Origin: Candidatus Wolfebacteria bacterium GW2011_GWB1_47_1
Lineage (GTDB): Bacteria; Patescibacteriota; Minisyncoccia; UBA6257; UBA9933
Reading direction: 5' to 3'
Assembly: GCA_001029635.1 (NCBI GenBank)
Contig: CP011209.1
Location: 683,969 to 747,968, forward strand
Length of the DNA stretch: 64,000 nucleotides
Each line of letters opens with the position of its first letter. Positions within the stretch are counted from its first letter, which is position 1. The notes under the pieces were generated by a model that worked only from the letters and a program-made list of their open reading frames with translations, was not told the origin of the DNA and ran no database searches. The position numbers and the translations under genes are program-made. Of the stretch, positions 26,595 to 37,048 are shown piece by piece.

Positions 26595-27884
26595 TCATCG
26601 CAGATAGATCGTATGCGTCAGATATCCGGTAATATATTCGGTATTCAAGCGGTTTGCCTTATCCTCTTCTATCTTTCTAATCAGATCCATAAGAAACAAG
26701 TCTACATCCTTTTCGTCATGATAGTCCGTCAAATTCCGCTTGTTAAAATAGCTGATCAGCGCGTCTATAATTTTTTTATAAAATACGGGATCGCTCATTC
26801 CTGTCGATATCAAATACAGCAATACCATATATGCCGGCGATGCCTTCGCTGTGGCAAGTGCGTCCAATTCCATTACCATCGAACCAAGTATCGGATGTGT
26901 TGCGTCACCCTTTATAAGAGCATAATACATGCCGGACTTTGCCACAATCTCATCAAATATAAGCTTCGGATCCCGCATGATTAATGCCTCATATATCTTT
27001 ACCAGATTTGCCTTCGTTGCTTTCTCAATCGTATTAATCTTTATTTCCGGCCTGAATAAATGAAACGCATTATAGTATTGCCTCAAAAATCTCTCCTGAA
27101 TTGTGTGATTTACTACGTTATCTAAAAATATATTCCATCCTATGAATGCTTCATCAATCTCGACGCCTTTTCGCTCGAGTTCAGACAACATCTTGTTTTT
27201 GATCAGATCGCCTGCCGCCAACGGCACGCCACGGTCATTTAGCCCTTCAAACAACATGAACGCATCCGCGTGCGAACTTACTTCGATCATTACCACGAGA
27301 ATACTATCCACCCAGGTCATCAGTTTCTGCAGTTCTTCCATGTTATACCCCTTCAGTCGTCCCAGAAAATAGTTATATGCCTTATGAATCTTCCGTACTT
27401 TGCTTCCTTTTGACTCAGTCCCAATTTTAAGTATCCCCATTCCTGCCAACAATGCCTCGTAGTCGGCGAAATTATCGTGTTGCTGCGATAATACTACCCG
27501 TGTCTGTATCGGCGACCCCTCTTGAATTAACCGACTCTGTATTATATGCAACACGTCATCTGCCGACCCGATTTGATCTTCGGAGCGCTTTTGTATGCTC
27601 GTATACAATGCACAGAACAAGAGTGAAATTGTTGCGAGTCGCTGCTGTCCATCGACTACTTCCAATTGGCGCATCCCAATCGCCGACGCATCATCATTTT
27701 TTACACATAAGATCGAGCCAATAAAATTACCATCACCGTTTCCCTCCACCATATCATCAAACAATATCTCCCAATTCTCCCGTGACCAAATATACTCCCG
27801 TTGAAACTTAGGTATCACATAACGAATATTTCCTCCTTCGCGAAATAATTCTGCGATTGTATAATGATTTGTATTGTAGATCAT
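26595..27884 (-). CDS. DUF262 (GmrS/SspE-like) domain protein, apparently without the DUF1524 HNH domain
   Basis: YVIPKFQREYIW, FIGSI, VVDGQQRL.T, FEGLNDRG.PL...DLIKN; no EHI.P or GNL..L motif seen. Confidence 0.85.
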   Translation of the reverse strand: MIYNTNHYTIAELFREGGNIRYVIPKFQREYIWSRENWEILFDDMVEGNGDGNFIGSILCVKNDDASAIGMRQLEVVDGQQRLATISLLFCALYTSIQKRSEDQIGSADDVLHIIQSRLIQEGSPIQTRVVLSQQHDNFADYEALLAGMGILKIGTESKGSKVRKIHKAYNYFLGRLKGYNMEELQKLMTWVDSILVVMIEVSSHADAFMLFEGLNDRGVPLAAGDLIKNKMLSELERKGVEIDEAFIGWNIFLDNVVNHTIQERFLRQYYNAFHLFRPEIKINTIEKATKANLVKIYEALIMRDPKLIFDEIVAKSGMYYALIKGDATHPILGSMVMELDALATAKASPAYMVLLYLISTGMSDPVFYKKIIDALISYFNKRNLTDYHDEKDVDLFLMDLIRKIEEDKANRLNTEYITGYLTHTIYLR

Positions 27885-27901
27885 ATGTCAAATTATTTCT
27901 G

Positions 27902-29290
27902 TCATATCGCTTCACCTTCTCCTTTTTTCAGCGGAAGCGCGATTATGAATTTTGACCCAACACCTTCCATGCTTTCAACGGAAATGACCCCACCCATCGC
28001 CTCACATAACGCCTTCGTAATCCACAGCCCCAACCCCGTTCCCGCAATACTTTCCGTATGCTCGGTTTTTACGCGATAAAACTTTTGAAACAGGCTTCGT
28101 TGTGCCTCCGCGGACATGCCCAACCCGCTATCTTCAACACTAATAATAAATCGCTTATGCATCTTGTCGATCCTTGTGCCGATGCGGATTGTTCCCTTCT
28201 CGGTATATTTTATCGCATTGCCGACCAGGTTAATCATAATCTGGCGCAACCGCTTAGTATCAATAGAGAGTATTGCCGGCTCCAACTGTGTCTTATCTTC
28301 ATATGCCACTACAAGGCCCTTCTGCTCAGCGCTTAACTGTATTGTATCGACAACTTCCTTAATCACTTCATAGGGTGACTCATCCCGCACATCCAGAACC
28401 AATCTATTTTGCTCAATACGCGAGACATCGAGAATATCGGAAATAAGCGACATAAGATTGTCAGCATACGACACGATCGCCTTCAATCTATCCATTTTCT
28501 GTTCTTCCGTCAGATGAACAGCCGATTGCTGCAATATCTCGGCATATCCCTTCATAACCACCACAGGTGTCTTCAATTCATGCGCGGCCATCGAGATGAA
28601 CTCGTCTTTCATCTTGTCGACTTCCCGCAACTTACTCAATGACACGGAGAACTTCACGAAGCGCGTATGGTTAATAACCAGAATAATCACCAATAGAACA
28701 GCAAAAACCATAATCGTATATGAGTTTCTAATGGCCATATTCCTCGCCGCATCCGTCTCCTGTAGCGATATCGTCAGCCGCACCAATCCCACTTTTTCAT
28801 TCTGGTTATCATAAAATGGCTTTACCACATTCCATTGCCGAACATCATTGTCAGTGCTCAAAAACCCTGTGGCCTCATTGTTTTGCCACGCCAAAAGGCC
28901 CGCCGTTTCAAGCGCTTGGACCGTTTGATTGGAAAGATTCTTATGTTCCCGCACAATGGAAACAGCCGAAACAAGCTCCTTGTCTTTTTGCGTCAAAACC
29001 TCGATCGCCGTTATTTCAGGATTGCTTTCTATAACCTCGCGTATTTTGTCCTTAAGATCCGGCCGTTCGACGTATTCGAACATAAACGTATCGAGTACCT
29101 TTTCGGTCAAAAATGCCTTACCTCGCACGATCGTGTTTATGTTTGCATCGAATTGATCAATTGTAAATTGCACGTTTGCATACAGCGCTAGCGGTATTAA
29201 TACAATCAAAATCAAAGACGACAATATACCAGGATATTTCCGTATGAATTCAACCCCTTTTTTCGCGTAATCAATAACCATATCAAACAA
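27902..29290 (-). CDS. Membrane sensor histidine kinase
   Basis: Two TM helices; FISMAAHELKTP, NLVGNAIKYT, DSGLG, FQKF, GTGLGL boxes. Confidence 0.95.
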   Translation of the reverse strand: MFDMVIDYAKKGVEFIRKYPGILSSLILIVLIPLALYANVQFTIDQFDANINTIVRGKAFLTEKVLDTFMFEYVERPDLKDKIREVIESNPEITAIEVLTQKDKELVSAVSIVREHKNLSNQTVQALETAGLLAWQNNEATGFLSTDNDVRQWNVVKPFYDNQNEKVGLVRLTISLQETDAARNMAIRNSYTIMVFAVLLVIILVINHTRFVKFSVSLSKLREVDKMKDEFISMAAHELKTPVVVMKGYAEILQQSAVHLTEEQKMDRLKAIVSYADNLMSLISDILDVSRIEQNRLVLDVRDESPYEVIKEVVDTIQLSAEQKGLVVAYEDKTQLEPAILSIDTKRLRQIMINLVGNAIKYTEKGTIRIGTRIDKMHKRFIISVEDSGLGMSAEAQRSLFQKFYRVKTEHTESIAGTGLGLWITKALCEAMGGVISVESMEGVGSKFIIALPLKKGEGEAI

Positions 29291-31364
29291 TGTCTCTATC
29301 AGGATTTTTGAATGATCGCACTACCATAAAGACGCCGACCAAAAGCCCCAACCCGATAACCAGCGCAACAATGATGCTAAAATTCCGCTTTGATTCATCA
29401 ACTGTTCCAATATTTTCAGATCCTGCGGCCTGCGCCAACCCTTCAATATTTGCAACTGTAATAGCCTGCGCCGTTTTTACAAATCCGACCACCTGACTCT
29501 TTGCCACAATCTTGCCCGAGCTATCGTTGATCGTTACGTACGCCTGATGCTGCCCATCGTCGAGCGGCTTATCGAGTGCGTATGACCAGCTTCCATTCTT
29601 ATCCGCCTTAACCGTTACGATTGTCGGAATGTCGCTATATATGTAGAGCGTCACCAACGCATATGGCAGTGTTTTACCCGCAAGCTTGATCTTCTCCCGT
29701 ATTACCTCTTTTTTCTCCTTCACGGTTTGTACCACCCCTGTCTCCGTTGTCTTTATTACTTCGACTTCCACTACCTCCGTTGTCGTCGCCAATAAGACCG
29801 TTTCTATTTTTAGTAATTCCGGCTTTACTGTTTCTCCAAGCAATTTCGCATTTTCATATTCGATCTTTATTGCCCTATTTGCATCTAGCGGATTTGTCCC
29901 CTGCCTTACTTCAATACCATCGTTGACGCCATCCCCATCCGTATCTTTTTTGAATGGATCCGTATGCAACGCTTCGATCTCTTGATAATCAGTAATACCA
30001 TCCCCATCCGCATCTTTCACAATTCGATCCAATTCGTTTTGTGAAACCACTCCCGTATCTTGAGATGCCTGCTTTAATTCACTTGATACCTGCTCTAGCC
30101 GTTGCACTACGACACTCGTGACCACCACCGGCTTCGGCGGTTCAGGAGTTTGATCCTCCTGAGGCGTAATAGCGGACCGGAATATATTGCGCACATTTTG
30201 GAAAAATCCGGCGTTTTTTGTTTCGACGGGAATCGGCGGGGCGATGGTTGGCGTATTGATAACCGGCTTTGATACATCTACCGCCTCCGGTGTCCGCTCT
30301 GACTCAATCGTCATCGCCGGTCTTTGCTGTGGCACGGTAGGATCAACAGTCGGTATGATCGCCTGAATAGGTGCCGGTTCGATGGCCGGCTCCTGAGTTT
30401 GTTGCGGCGCCACGGAGCTAGTCGTTGTTGCAATACTACCCGTTGTCTGTGCATTATATACCATCACACCAACCGTACCTCCCTTATACCTCTGCCCTAA
30501 TTGATTGGTTATCCGCGCCTCGATTACATAATTTCCATTTGCGACGGTTCGCGTATCCCAACGGTGTAGCCATTCGTCTCCTATCTGCTCCGTTTCTTTG
30601 ATCATAATCGGACTCGTCGTATCTTTCGCATTAAAAATCGCATACTGTACATCTGTCGCAAACACAACAGCCCCTCGTATCTGAAGATACCCCGCTACTT
30701 TTGCATATTGGGCGGGGCTTATAAATAGAAATTTATTCTCCATAGGATCGTTTGCGATCGCAAATGTCACTAGTTCAGTAGTTCGCAATGACCCATCTGG
30801 ATATTTCGCCAATCCACGCAATTGATACCCCTCCCCGTTAGGAAACGATGCGGTGCTAATCGAAAAATAACAATTTTTTCCGGGTATCGCTCCGGCAAGA
30901 AGCGAGGGCTGCGTCTGCGAGCAGTCCGGATAAATCGGATGTATGCTCTTATTTGGCATGATAAATTCCGCTACCACCGCCAGCGGCTCTCCAAACACCC
31001 GAACCGCAGCACTGCGGACACCCTTAATCACTTCATTATTCTGCACGCCTACGATAAGCGGCTTCTCCGATGCCGGTAGCGTTGTCGTAGCCACTTCCAC
31101 AGTCCCATCATCACCTAAAAATACACTGGTCGTCGCAGTACTAGATTTTTTGGTCGAAGTACTTGTTACTACACCAACCGTCATAGTCGAGGTCGTTGAT
31201 TGTGCAGACACGTCCGTCGTAGTTGAAGTCGTCGATTGCGCAAACGCATCCGTCGTAGTTGTCAGCAAGCTCGCAAGTACCGAGCTTGCCGGGTTTGATC
31301 CGACCAATGCGACCGCAATCCCGACTGTCATAATGATTCCGAAACCCGCCAAGTATTTCTTCAT
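29283..31364 (-). CDS. Surface protein with Ig-like domains, Ca-binding DxDxDG repeats and a C-terminal TM anchor
   Basis: Signal peptide, Thr-rich linker, WDTRTVANGNY, DADGDGITD/DTDGDGVND, ADKNGSWSY...LDDGQH, C-terminal TM. Confidence 0.8.
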   Translation of the reverse strand: MKKYLAGFGIIMTVGIAVALVGSNPASSVLASLLTTTTDAFAQSTTSTTTDVSAQSTTSTMTVGVVTSTSTKKSSTATTSVFLGDDGTVEVATTTLPASEKPLIVGVQNNEVIKGVRSAAVRVFGEPLAVVAEFIMPNKSIHPIYPDCSQTQPSLLAGAIPGKNCYFSISTASFPNGEGYQLRGLAKYPDGSLRTTELVTFAIANDPMENKFLFISPAQYAKVAGYLQIRGAVVFATDVQYAIFNAKDTTSPIMIKETEQIGDEWLHRWDTRTVANGNYVIEARITNQLGQRYKGGTVGVMVYNAQTTGSIATTTSSVAPQQTQEPAIEPAPIQAIIPTVDPTVPQQRPAMTIESERTPEAVDVSKPVINTPTIAPPIPVETKNAGFFQNVRNIFRSAITPQEDQTPEPPKPVVVTSVVVQRLEQVSSELKQASQDTGVVSQNELDRIVKDADGDGITDYQEIEALHTDPFKKDTDGDGVNDGIEVRQGTNPLDANRAIKIEYENAKLLGETVKPELLKIETVLLATTTEVVEVEVIKTTETGVVQTVKEKKEVIREKIKLAGKTLPYALVTLYIYSDIPTIVTVKADKNGSWSYALDKPLDDGQHQAYVTINDSSGKIVAKSQVVGFVKTAQAITVANIEGLAQAAGSENIGTVDESKRNFSIIVALVIGLGLLVGVFMVVRSFKNPDRDIV

Positions 31365-31376
31365 ATATCGTATATA

Positions 31377-31760
31377 TTATTTATTTTTCACGATCGCACT
31401 GACGCGCGCAACAAGCTCATCTAATTCCATTGCCTTGTTCCAATAGTCAATTGCCCCAACTTCCTTTGCCGCCTTTACGTCTTCCGGGCGATCCTCGATG
31501 CTTGTCAAAAACGCAACCGGAATATCCTTGCATTCCGGGTCGCTCTTTAATTTATCAAGCGTTGCGGGCCCGTCCAATTCAGGCATCATCACGTCGAGCA
31601 AAATAAAATCCGGCTTTACCGACCGTGCAAGGTCATATCCTTCGTATCCATTTTTTGCATACGACACCAAAAAACCGGCCATGACTAATTTTTCGCCAAA
31701 AATCTCCCGCAATGCAGGGTCGTCGTCTACCACTAGTATCCGCTTCTTTATTTCTTCCAT
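31377..31760 (-). CDS. Single-domain response regulator
   Basis: ILVVDDD, ILLDVMMPELDG, FLTS, YWNK. Confidence 0.92.
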   Translation of the reverse strand: MEEIKKRILVVDDDPALREIFGEKLVMAGFLVSYAKNGYEGYDLARSVKPDFILLDVMMPELDGPATLDKLKSDPECKDIPVAFLTSIEDRPEDVKAAKEVGAIDYWNKAMELDELVARVSAIVKNK

Positions 31761-31831
31761 ACGTGTATGTTGCTCTATTATTATAATTCGTTCTCATTAT
31801 ATCATGAAACTCGCCGCCATTACACATACGA

Positions 31832-32440
31832 TCATCGATGAAACCCTAGATCCGCAGGATTATCATCTCCCGATACACGCTCCACGTGTCCGCCTTTAGC
31901 TTCAAACGTTTCCCGTAGCTTTTTTACCAAAAATGCAAGTGTGCGGGTTTCCGGTGCGATTCCCTCCTTCTTAATCTTTCCTTTTGACCAATAGTCAATA
32001 ATGATCTTACTATCGCCAAAAATATGATTCTCTCCTTCCTGCAATGCCAATTCCAGGGCGTACCTGCACGCAAGTAGTTCGCCGTAGTTGTTTGTCTTCT
32101 CGGTAGACAATAAATGTTTGCCGTGCTCGTTGATGAATTCCTTCGCGATAACTCTTGCAAGCAGATCGCGTCCATGTTCGTCCGTCACGCTTATTTCAAC
32201 CCCGAACCCGCGCCCCGTTCCCGCATCAAAATAGATCCCCGGCACGGCGACCTGCTTTACTTTTACTTCATATCGAGCCCCTGCATTTAGCCATTCGCTT
32301 GCTTCATCCCGACTCTTAAATCCCTTATAGCGCGCATCGCGTTTCCCCGATACAATCATTTTGCATTCTTCCCAATCATCGGTTATCCCTTGTGCGCCGA
32401 TCGATGACACACTATACGCATAGTACTTCTTTTGTTTCAT
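31832..32440 (-). CDS. Ribonuclease H family protein with an N-terminal hybrid-binding (viroplasmin-like) domain
   Basis: KYYA..GI..DWEEC...V.G...RYKGF; FDAGTG, TNNYGEL, GDSK, NPADL. Confidence 0.85.
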   Translation of the reverse strand: MKQKKYYAYSVSSIGAQGITDDWEECKMIVSGKRDARYKGFKSRDEASEWLNAGARYEVKVKQVAVPGIYFDAGTGRGFGVEISVTDEHGRDLLARVIAKEFINEHGKHLLSTEKTNNYGELLACRYALELALQEGENHIFGDSKIIIDYWSKGKIKKEGIAPETRTLAFLVKKLRETFEAKGGHVERVSGDDNPADLGFHR

Positions 32441-32444
32441 ATGT

Positions 32445-33128
32445 TCATTTCTTTTTTGCAGCCTCCCGAATACAATCTGTTATCTTCTGTACTTCATCTG
32501 CGCGCAATTGCTGCACCTCCTGACGCTCAATCAGCCTTATTAGTTGATCAATTCCGATCACGTATGCATTATCCGCCTTGTTCAGCTCAACGCCCAATTT
32601 CGCATATGGACTCGAAAAAACGACCACCGGCTGGACATGCACTACTTTAGGAAAACGAGCCCTTAGTGTATCCTTGAGCGCATAGGTAGCCCCCCAAACC
32701 TGACGCAAGAAATCTTTATCAAACGGTCTATTATCCCGCAAGAGTCTGTTGTTCTCGACCCGTATCCTTCCTTTGTGGCTTTTTACTTCAATAACCCAAA
32801 CACCCGTCGGCCCAACTACCACAAAGTCCATGTCCCCTTTGTTACCAATAACCACGCTTCCTAATACCCGAAAGCGGTCATCCAATCCCCGTAAGGTTAT
32901 GCGAACGCCCAATTCCCCCCCCGCTCCCTGCATGCGAACTTGAATCGTTTTAACCGTAGTCCATAATAACTTTACCAAGAGCGCGACCACGATCGCATGT
33001 ATTGCCAATGCCGCACCCGTTCCCCCGAGCACTTCATAGAGCGGTATCACAATACTTCCTCCAATCAGCGCAATAATGCCAATCGTGTATATGATATATT
33101 TTCCGATTTGTTGTTCGTTATGTGCCAT
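32445..33128 (-). CDS. NERD nuclease-related domain protein with N-terminal TM helices
   Basis: G..GE..V...L, GDMDFVVVGPTGVWVIEVK, QV, PVVVF. Confidence 0.85.
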   Translation of the reverse strand: MAHNEQQIGKYIIYTIGIIALIGGSIVIPLYEVLGGTGAALAIHAIVVALLVKLLWTTVKTIQVRMQGAGGELGVRITLRGLDDRFRVLGSVVIGNKGDMDFVVVGPTGVWVIEVKSHKGRIRVENNRLLRDNRPFDKDFLRQVWGATYALKDTLRARFPKVVHVQPVVVFSSPYAKLGVELNKADNAYVIGIDQLIRLIERQEVQQLRADEVQKITDCIREAAKKK

Positions 33129-33315
33129 AGATCTTTTTTATATACCACTCAGCATACGCTATTTTCTCTTTCATTCCAATCGTTTTTATAACCTGCATTC
33201 TTACATGCTCCGTTTGAATATTTCAGATATGATAGTTACATAAGCACTCTGCGAACCAGAATTTATCTTCTATCTCCTTTTGTATATTTTTTAACGGGGG
33301 TATACTTATTGGTAT

Positions 33316-35790
33316 ATGAAACGCATCTCTTCTGCTCCCGATCATGCGGTTGGACTTACTTCGCGCGAAGTGGAAAAACGCCTCGCGCACTACGGCCTCA
33401 ATACTATCTACAAGAAAAAACACTTGCGCCCGATTATCGTTTTTTTCGAGAAATTTAATAGCCCGCTCCTAATCATCCTCATCACCGCATCCATTGTTTC
33501 ATTCTTCCTCGGTGAGCAGACAAATTCGATTATCATTCTTTCAATGGTCGTCCTTTCTGCCGTCCTTGATTTCATTAACTCGTATCGATCCGAGCAAGCC
33601 GTCTTGCGACTAACTTCCCGCGTCGCCAATACCGCAACGGTACTGCGCGATGGTACGCGACAAGAAATAAATCTCTCCTTAATCGTCCCAGGGGATATTT
33701 TGTTTCTTTCTGCCGGCGACGTCGTTCCTGCGGATGCCGAAATCGTCACTGCGGAAGATTTCTTCGTCAACCAAGCATCCTTAACCGGCGAATCGTTCCC
33801 CATAGAAAAGCATACCTCAGCCGACTCCGCAGATGCCATCATTTTTATGGGGACCAGTGTAGTAACCGGATCGGCCACTGCCGTCGTACGGGCGACCGGT
33901 TCTTCGACTGAATTTGGCAGAATAGCCCAACGACTTGACCAGGCCGCACCCGAATCCGATTTCGATAAGGGTATTAAGCGCTTCAGTTATTTCATTATGC
34001 GGATTACCGTCCTCCTTATCATTGCGGTATTTCTTATCCATATCTTCCTTGGGCATGCCATGTTCGAGACATTTCTGTTTGCCGTTGCGGTCGCGGTCGG
34101 CATCACGCCTGAACTCCTCCCAGTCATCATCTCGATCTCACTGAGTCGCGGATCGATGATCATGGCTAAGAAAGATGTCATCGTAAAACATCTTCCGTCT
34201 ATTCAGAACTTCGGAAGCATGAATGTCCTCTGTACCGATAAGACCGGCACACTCACAGAAGACAAAATTGTTATGGTTAATTATCTTGATAGTTTTGGAG
34301 AAGTGTATGAGCCAATCCTGCTTTACTCCTACATCACCAGTGCGCTCCACACAGGCATTAAGAGTCCACTTGATGCCGCCATTGCGGAGCATAAGAAGCT
34401 TGATATTACAGCGTATAAAAAGATCGATGAAATTCCCTTTGACTTCGAACGCAAGCGCGGTAGTATCGTCGTCGAGCATGCGGGCGAAGGACTCCTAATT
34501 ACCAAAGGTACTCCTGAAGATATTCTTTCTATTTCGACTTCATGCGAGAAATCCCAGTCAGTCTGTGCATTTGATCCAACGATTATCGAGACCGCAACGC
34601 AGCGGTATGAGCAACTGAGCGCCGATGGATTCCGCGTGCTTGCTATTGCTACTCGCTCTATTTCGCTCGACAAAAAACGCTACACCAAGGATGAAGAACA
34701 TGATATGACCTTCTTGGGATTTATCGTGTTTCTCGACCCTCCTAAGACAACGGCACCAGAGGCCGTACGCGATCTACACGACCTCGGCATCGAGATTAAA
34801 ATTCTTACCGGCGATAGCGATATTCTGACCAAAAAGATCTGCTCCGATATTGGACTCCCTATTCGCGGCATCATTACCGGAAAGGAGCTTACTCTAATGA
34901 ACGAGGCGGAGCTTATGCAACGCGTACCCGCGATCACCATCTTCGCGCGCATTAACCCCGAGCAAAAGGAGCGGATTGTTCTCGCACTCAAACGCATCGG
35001 ATCTGTAGTTGGCTATATGGGTGATGGCATCAATGACGCACCCGCACTGCGTGCTGCCGATGTTGGCATCTCGGTCAATAACGCCGTTGATGTCGCAAAG
35101 GAAACCGCGGGGATTATTCTGCTCCGTAAAAGCCTACGCGCTCTGCGCGACGGCGTTGTTGAAGGGCGCAAAACATTTCACAACACCCAAAAATATATTC
35201 TTATGGGGCTCAGTTCGAACTTTGGAAACATGCTTTCGATGACCGTCGTATCGCTATTCATCCCCTTTCTTCCTATGCTTCCCTCACAGATCCTTCTTAA
35301 TAACTTTCTCTATGACTCTTCCCAAGGGACTCTACCGAGCGATGCCGTCGACAATACCGAAATCTGCAAACCTCCAAAATGGGATCTCCCCTTTCTTAAG
35401 CGTTTTATGCTCGTATTTGGATTAATGAGTACGCTTTTTGATTTCGTAACATTCGGGCTATTATTCTTTGTCTTCAATCTCTCCGAACGGCAATTCCAGA
35501 CCGGCTGGTTCATCGAATCGCTCGCTACCCAGATATTTGTCATCTATATCATCCGCACCAAGAAGGTGCCGTTTCTACAAAGTTCGCCCGGCGCATTCCT
35601 CGTCACAACCACCGCTGGTGCCGTTGCGATCGCATGGATCATCCCATTCACGCCACTGGGGAGATATTTCCTTTTCGAGCGATTACCGTTACCTATTCTT
35701 CTCAGTATTAGTGGTATCGTCATTGTCTATCTTTTCTCAGTCGAATTTATAAAGCGCATCTTCTACAAGCGCATTACCGCTACAACCTAA
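33316..35790 (+). CDS. mgtA: Magnesium-translocating P-type ATPase
   Basis: LTGES, VGITPELLP, CTDKTGTLT, IPFDFERK, LTGD, GDGINDAPAL, SSNFGN, FQTGWFIES. Confidence 0.93.
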   Translation: MKRISSAPDHAVGLTSREVEKRLAHYGLNTIYKKKHLRPIIVFFEKFNSPLLIILITASIVSFFLGEQTNSIIILSMVVLSAVLDFINSYRSEQAVLRLTSRVANTATVLRDGTRQEINLSLIVPGDILFLSAGDVVPADAEIVTAEDFFVNQASLTGESFPIEKHTSADSADAIIFMGTSVVTGSATAVVRATGSSTEFGRIAQRLDQAAPESDFDKGIKRFSYFIMRITVLLIIAVFLIHIFLGHAMFETFLFAVAVAVGITPELLPVIISISLSRGSMIMAKKDVIVKHLPSIQNFGSMNVLCTDKTGTLTEDKIVMVNYLDSFGEVYEPILLYSYITSALHTGIKSPLDAAIAEHKKLDITAYKKIDEIPFDFERKRGSIVVEHAGEGLLITKGTPEDILSISTSCEKSQSVCAFDPTIIETATQRYEQLSADGFRVLAIATRSISLDKKRYTKDEEHDMTFLGFIVFLDPPKTTAPEAVRDLHDLGIEIKILTGDSDILTKKICSDIGLPIRGIITGKELTLMNEAELMQRVPAITIFARINPEQKERIVLALKRIGSVVGYMGDGINDAPALRAADVGISVNNAVDVAKETAGIILLRKSLRALRDGVVEGRKTFHNTQKYILMGLSSNFGNMLSMTVVSLFIPFLPMLPSQILLNNFLYDSSQGTLPSDAVDNTEICKPPKWDLPFLKRFMLVFGLMSTLFDFVTFGLLFFVFNLSERQFQTGWFIESLATQIFVIYIIRTKKVPFLQSSPGAFLVTTTAGAVAIAWIIPFTPLGRYFLFERLPLPILLSISGIVIVYLFSVEFIKRIFYKRITATT

Positions 35791-35802
35791 AGAATTATGC
35801 GT

Positions 35803-35833
35803 AAAAAACCGCCGAATTTCTTCGGCGGTTTTT
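35803..35833. terminator. Bidirectional terminator
   Basis: AAAAAACCGCCGAA-TTTC-TTCGGCGGTTTTTT between convergent genes. Confidence 0.85.
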
Positions 35834-36042
35834 TAATTCCACTCGCCTACGTCCATGCGCATCTTGATCTCTGCGTTGAGCATTTCGATATGCTTTTTAT
35901 CATTCTCGAGCATCTGCTTCATCGCATCAATACTATGACACTGCACCTTCTCCGCATCTTCGATATAATGTTTTTCAAGACGCCACACCGTATCGAGTTT
36001 TGTATGTAGTAGCTTCAACAGATCGTAATTGATATTTTTCAT
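35833..36042 (-). CDS. Small helical protein resembling half a ferritin-like bundle
   Basis: NYDLLK.L...L...WR...Y..DA....C.......D.KH...L..E. Confidence 0.65.
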   Translation of the reverse strand: MKNINYDLLKLLHTKLDTVWRLEKHYIEDAEKVQCHSIDAMKQMLENDKKHIEMLNAEIKMRMDVGEWN

Positions 36043-36074
36043 GCTATGGTATTTAGTGTTTGTTTGTTGACCTT

Positions 36075-36482
36075 TTATTGTAACCCATGCTCTTCGAAAC
36101 AGCGAACATATTTTTTATCCACCTCCATAATATGATCGATCATCCACCCCTCTAGAAATTCGATCATCTCACTTGCAATATTCACTTCCCCTTCGTCAAA
36201 GGCCTTTTGGAATCCTTCCACTCGAGCCAGTAGATCGCGATGCCTCCTTTTATGATCCTCCGCAAATTCATAGTTAAATTCATCAAAATATTTTTCTTCG
36301 GTAGCGAAGTGCATTACTGCGTATTCCGCTAGTCGCGTAATAATGTCGCCTATTTTGCTTTCAGTATTCAGCGATATGATCGCATCGAACAATTCATTTA
36401 GTAGGGTCAAAAAATATCGATGCTGTTCGTCTATTAATTCAACCCCGACACTATATTCCTTAATCCAGTTAATATGCGCCAT
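36075..36482 (-). CDS. Bacteriohemerythrin
   Basis: W...YSVGV..IDEQH, HFATEE, H...H, W...HI...DK.Y. Confidence 0.93.
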   Translation of the reverse strand: MAHINWIKEYSVGVELIDEQHRYFLTLLNELFDAIISLNTESKIGDIITRLAEYAVMHFATEEKYFDEFNYEFAEDHKRRHRDLLARVEGFQKAFDEGEVNIASEMIEFLEGWMIDHIMEVDKKYVRCFEEHGLQ

Positions 36483-36589
36483 ATTTTTATATTTTTTAGT
36501 ATACCATATCTACGCCATCCATGCATTATTCCATTGCATTCATTTTACAAATACGCTACCATAAAAAACATCATCTATCATTTCACATT

Positions 36590-37009
36590 ATGAAGATCAC
36601 CAAAAAGGGTACTCAAAAAAATATCTTTACCGTGCGTCGCGCGCGACCAGGGGCCGGACTCGGACTCTTCGCAACGGCCGACATTCCCAAGCATACATTC
36701 GTCATCGAATACACCGGTGAAAAAATAACCAATGCCGAAGCAGACCGCCGAGGAGGCCGGTATTTATTTAACATCAATTCCAAGTGGACGATCGACGGCA
36801 AAGAGCACCGCAACACTGCCCGCTACATTAACCATTCCTGTGATCCAAATTGTGAATCCCGTATTGTCGGCGGAAAGGTAAAAATATTCGCTATCAAGAA
36901 CATTACAGCAGGCGAAGAACTTGCCTATGACTATGGAACGGAGTACTTTGAAGAGTTCCTTAAACCACATGGATGCCGGTGCGATATGTGCCACATACTA
37001 CGCAAATAA
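36590..37009 (+). CDS. SET domain protein (lysine methyltransferase family)
   Basis: GLGLFA, IEYTGE, ARYINHSCDPNC, GEELAYDY, post-SET CRC..C; start MKITK at 36590. Confidence 0.92.
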   Translation: MKITKKGTQKNIFTVRRARPGAGLGLFATADIPKHTFVIEYTGEKITNAEADRRGGRYLFNINSKWTIDGKEHRNTARYINHSCDPNCESRIVGGKVKIFAIKNITAGEELAYDYGTEYFEEFLKPHGCRCDMCHILRK

Positions 37010-37011
37010 GA

Positions 37012-37048
37012 AACAAAAACAGCCCACACTTAGTAGGCTGTTTTTGTT
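37012..37048. terminator. Bidirectional terminator
   Basis: AACAAAAACAGCC...GGCTGTTTTTGTT between convergent genes. Confidence 0.75.

Noticed and set aside
31183-31262. 36-bp tandem repeat
   Set aside because: An ordinary low-complexity Thr/Ser linker duplication.
33130-33315. M-box or MgtL-type leader before mgtA
   Set aside because: No M-box consensus or Pro-rich leader peptide seen.
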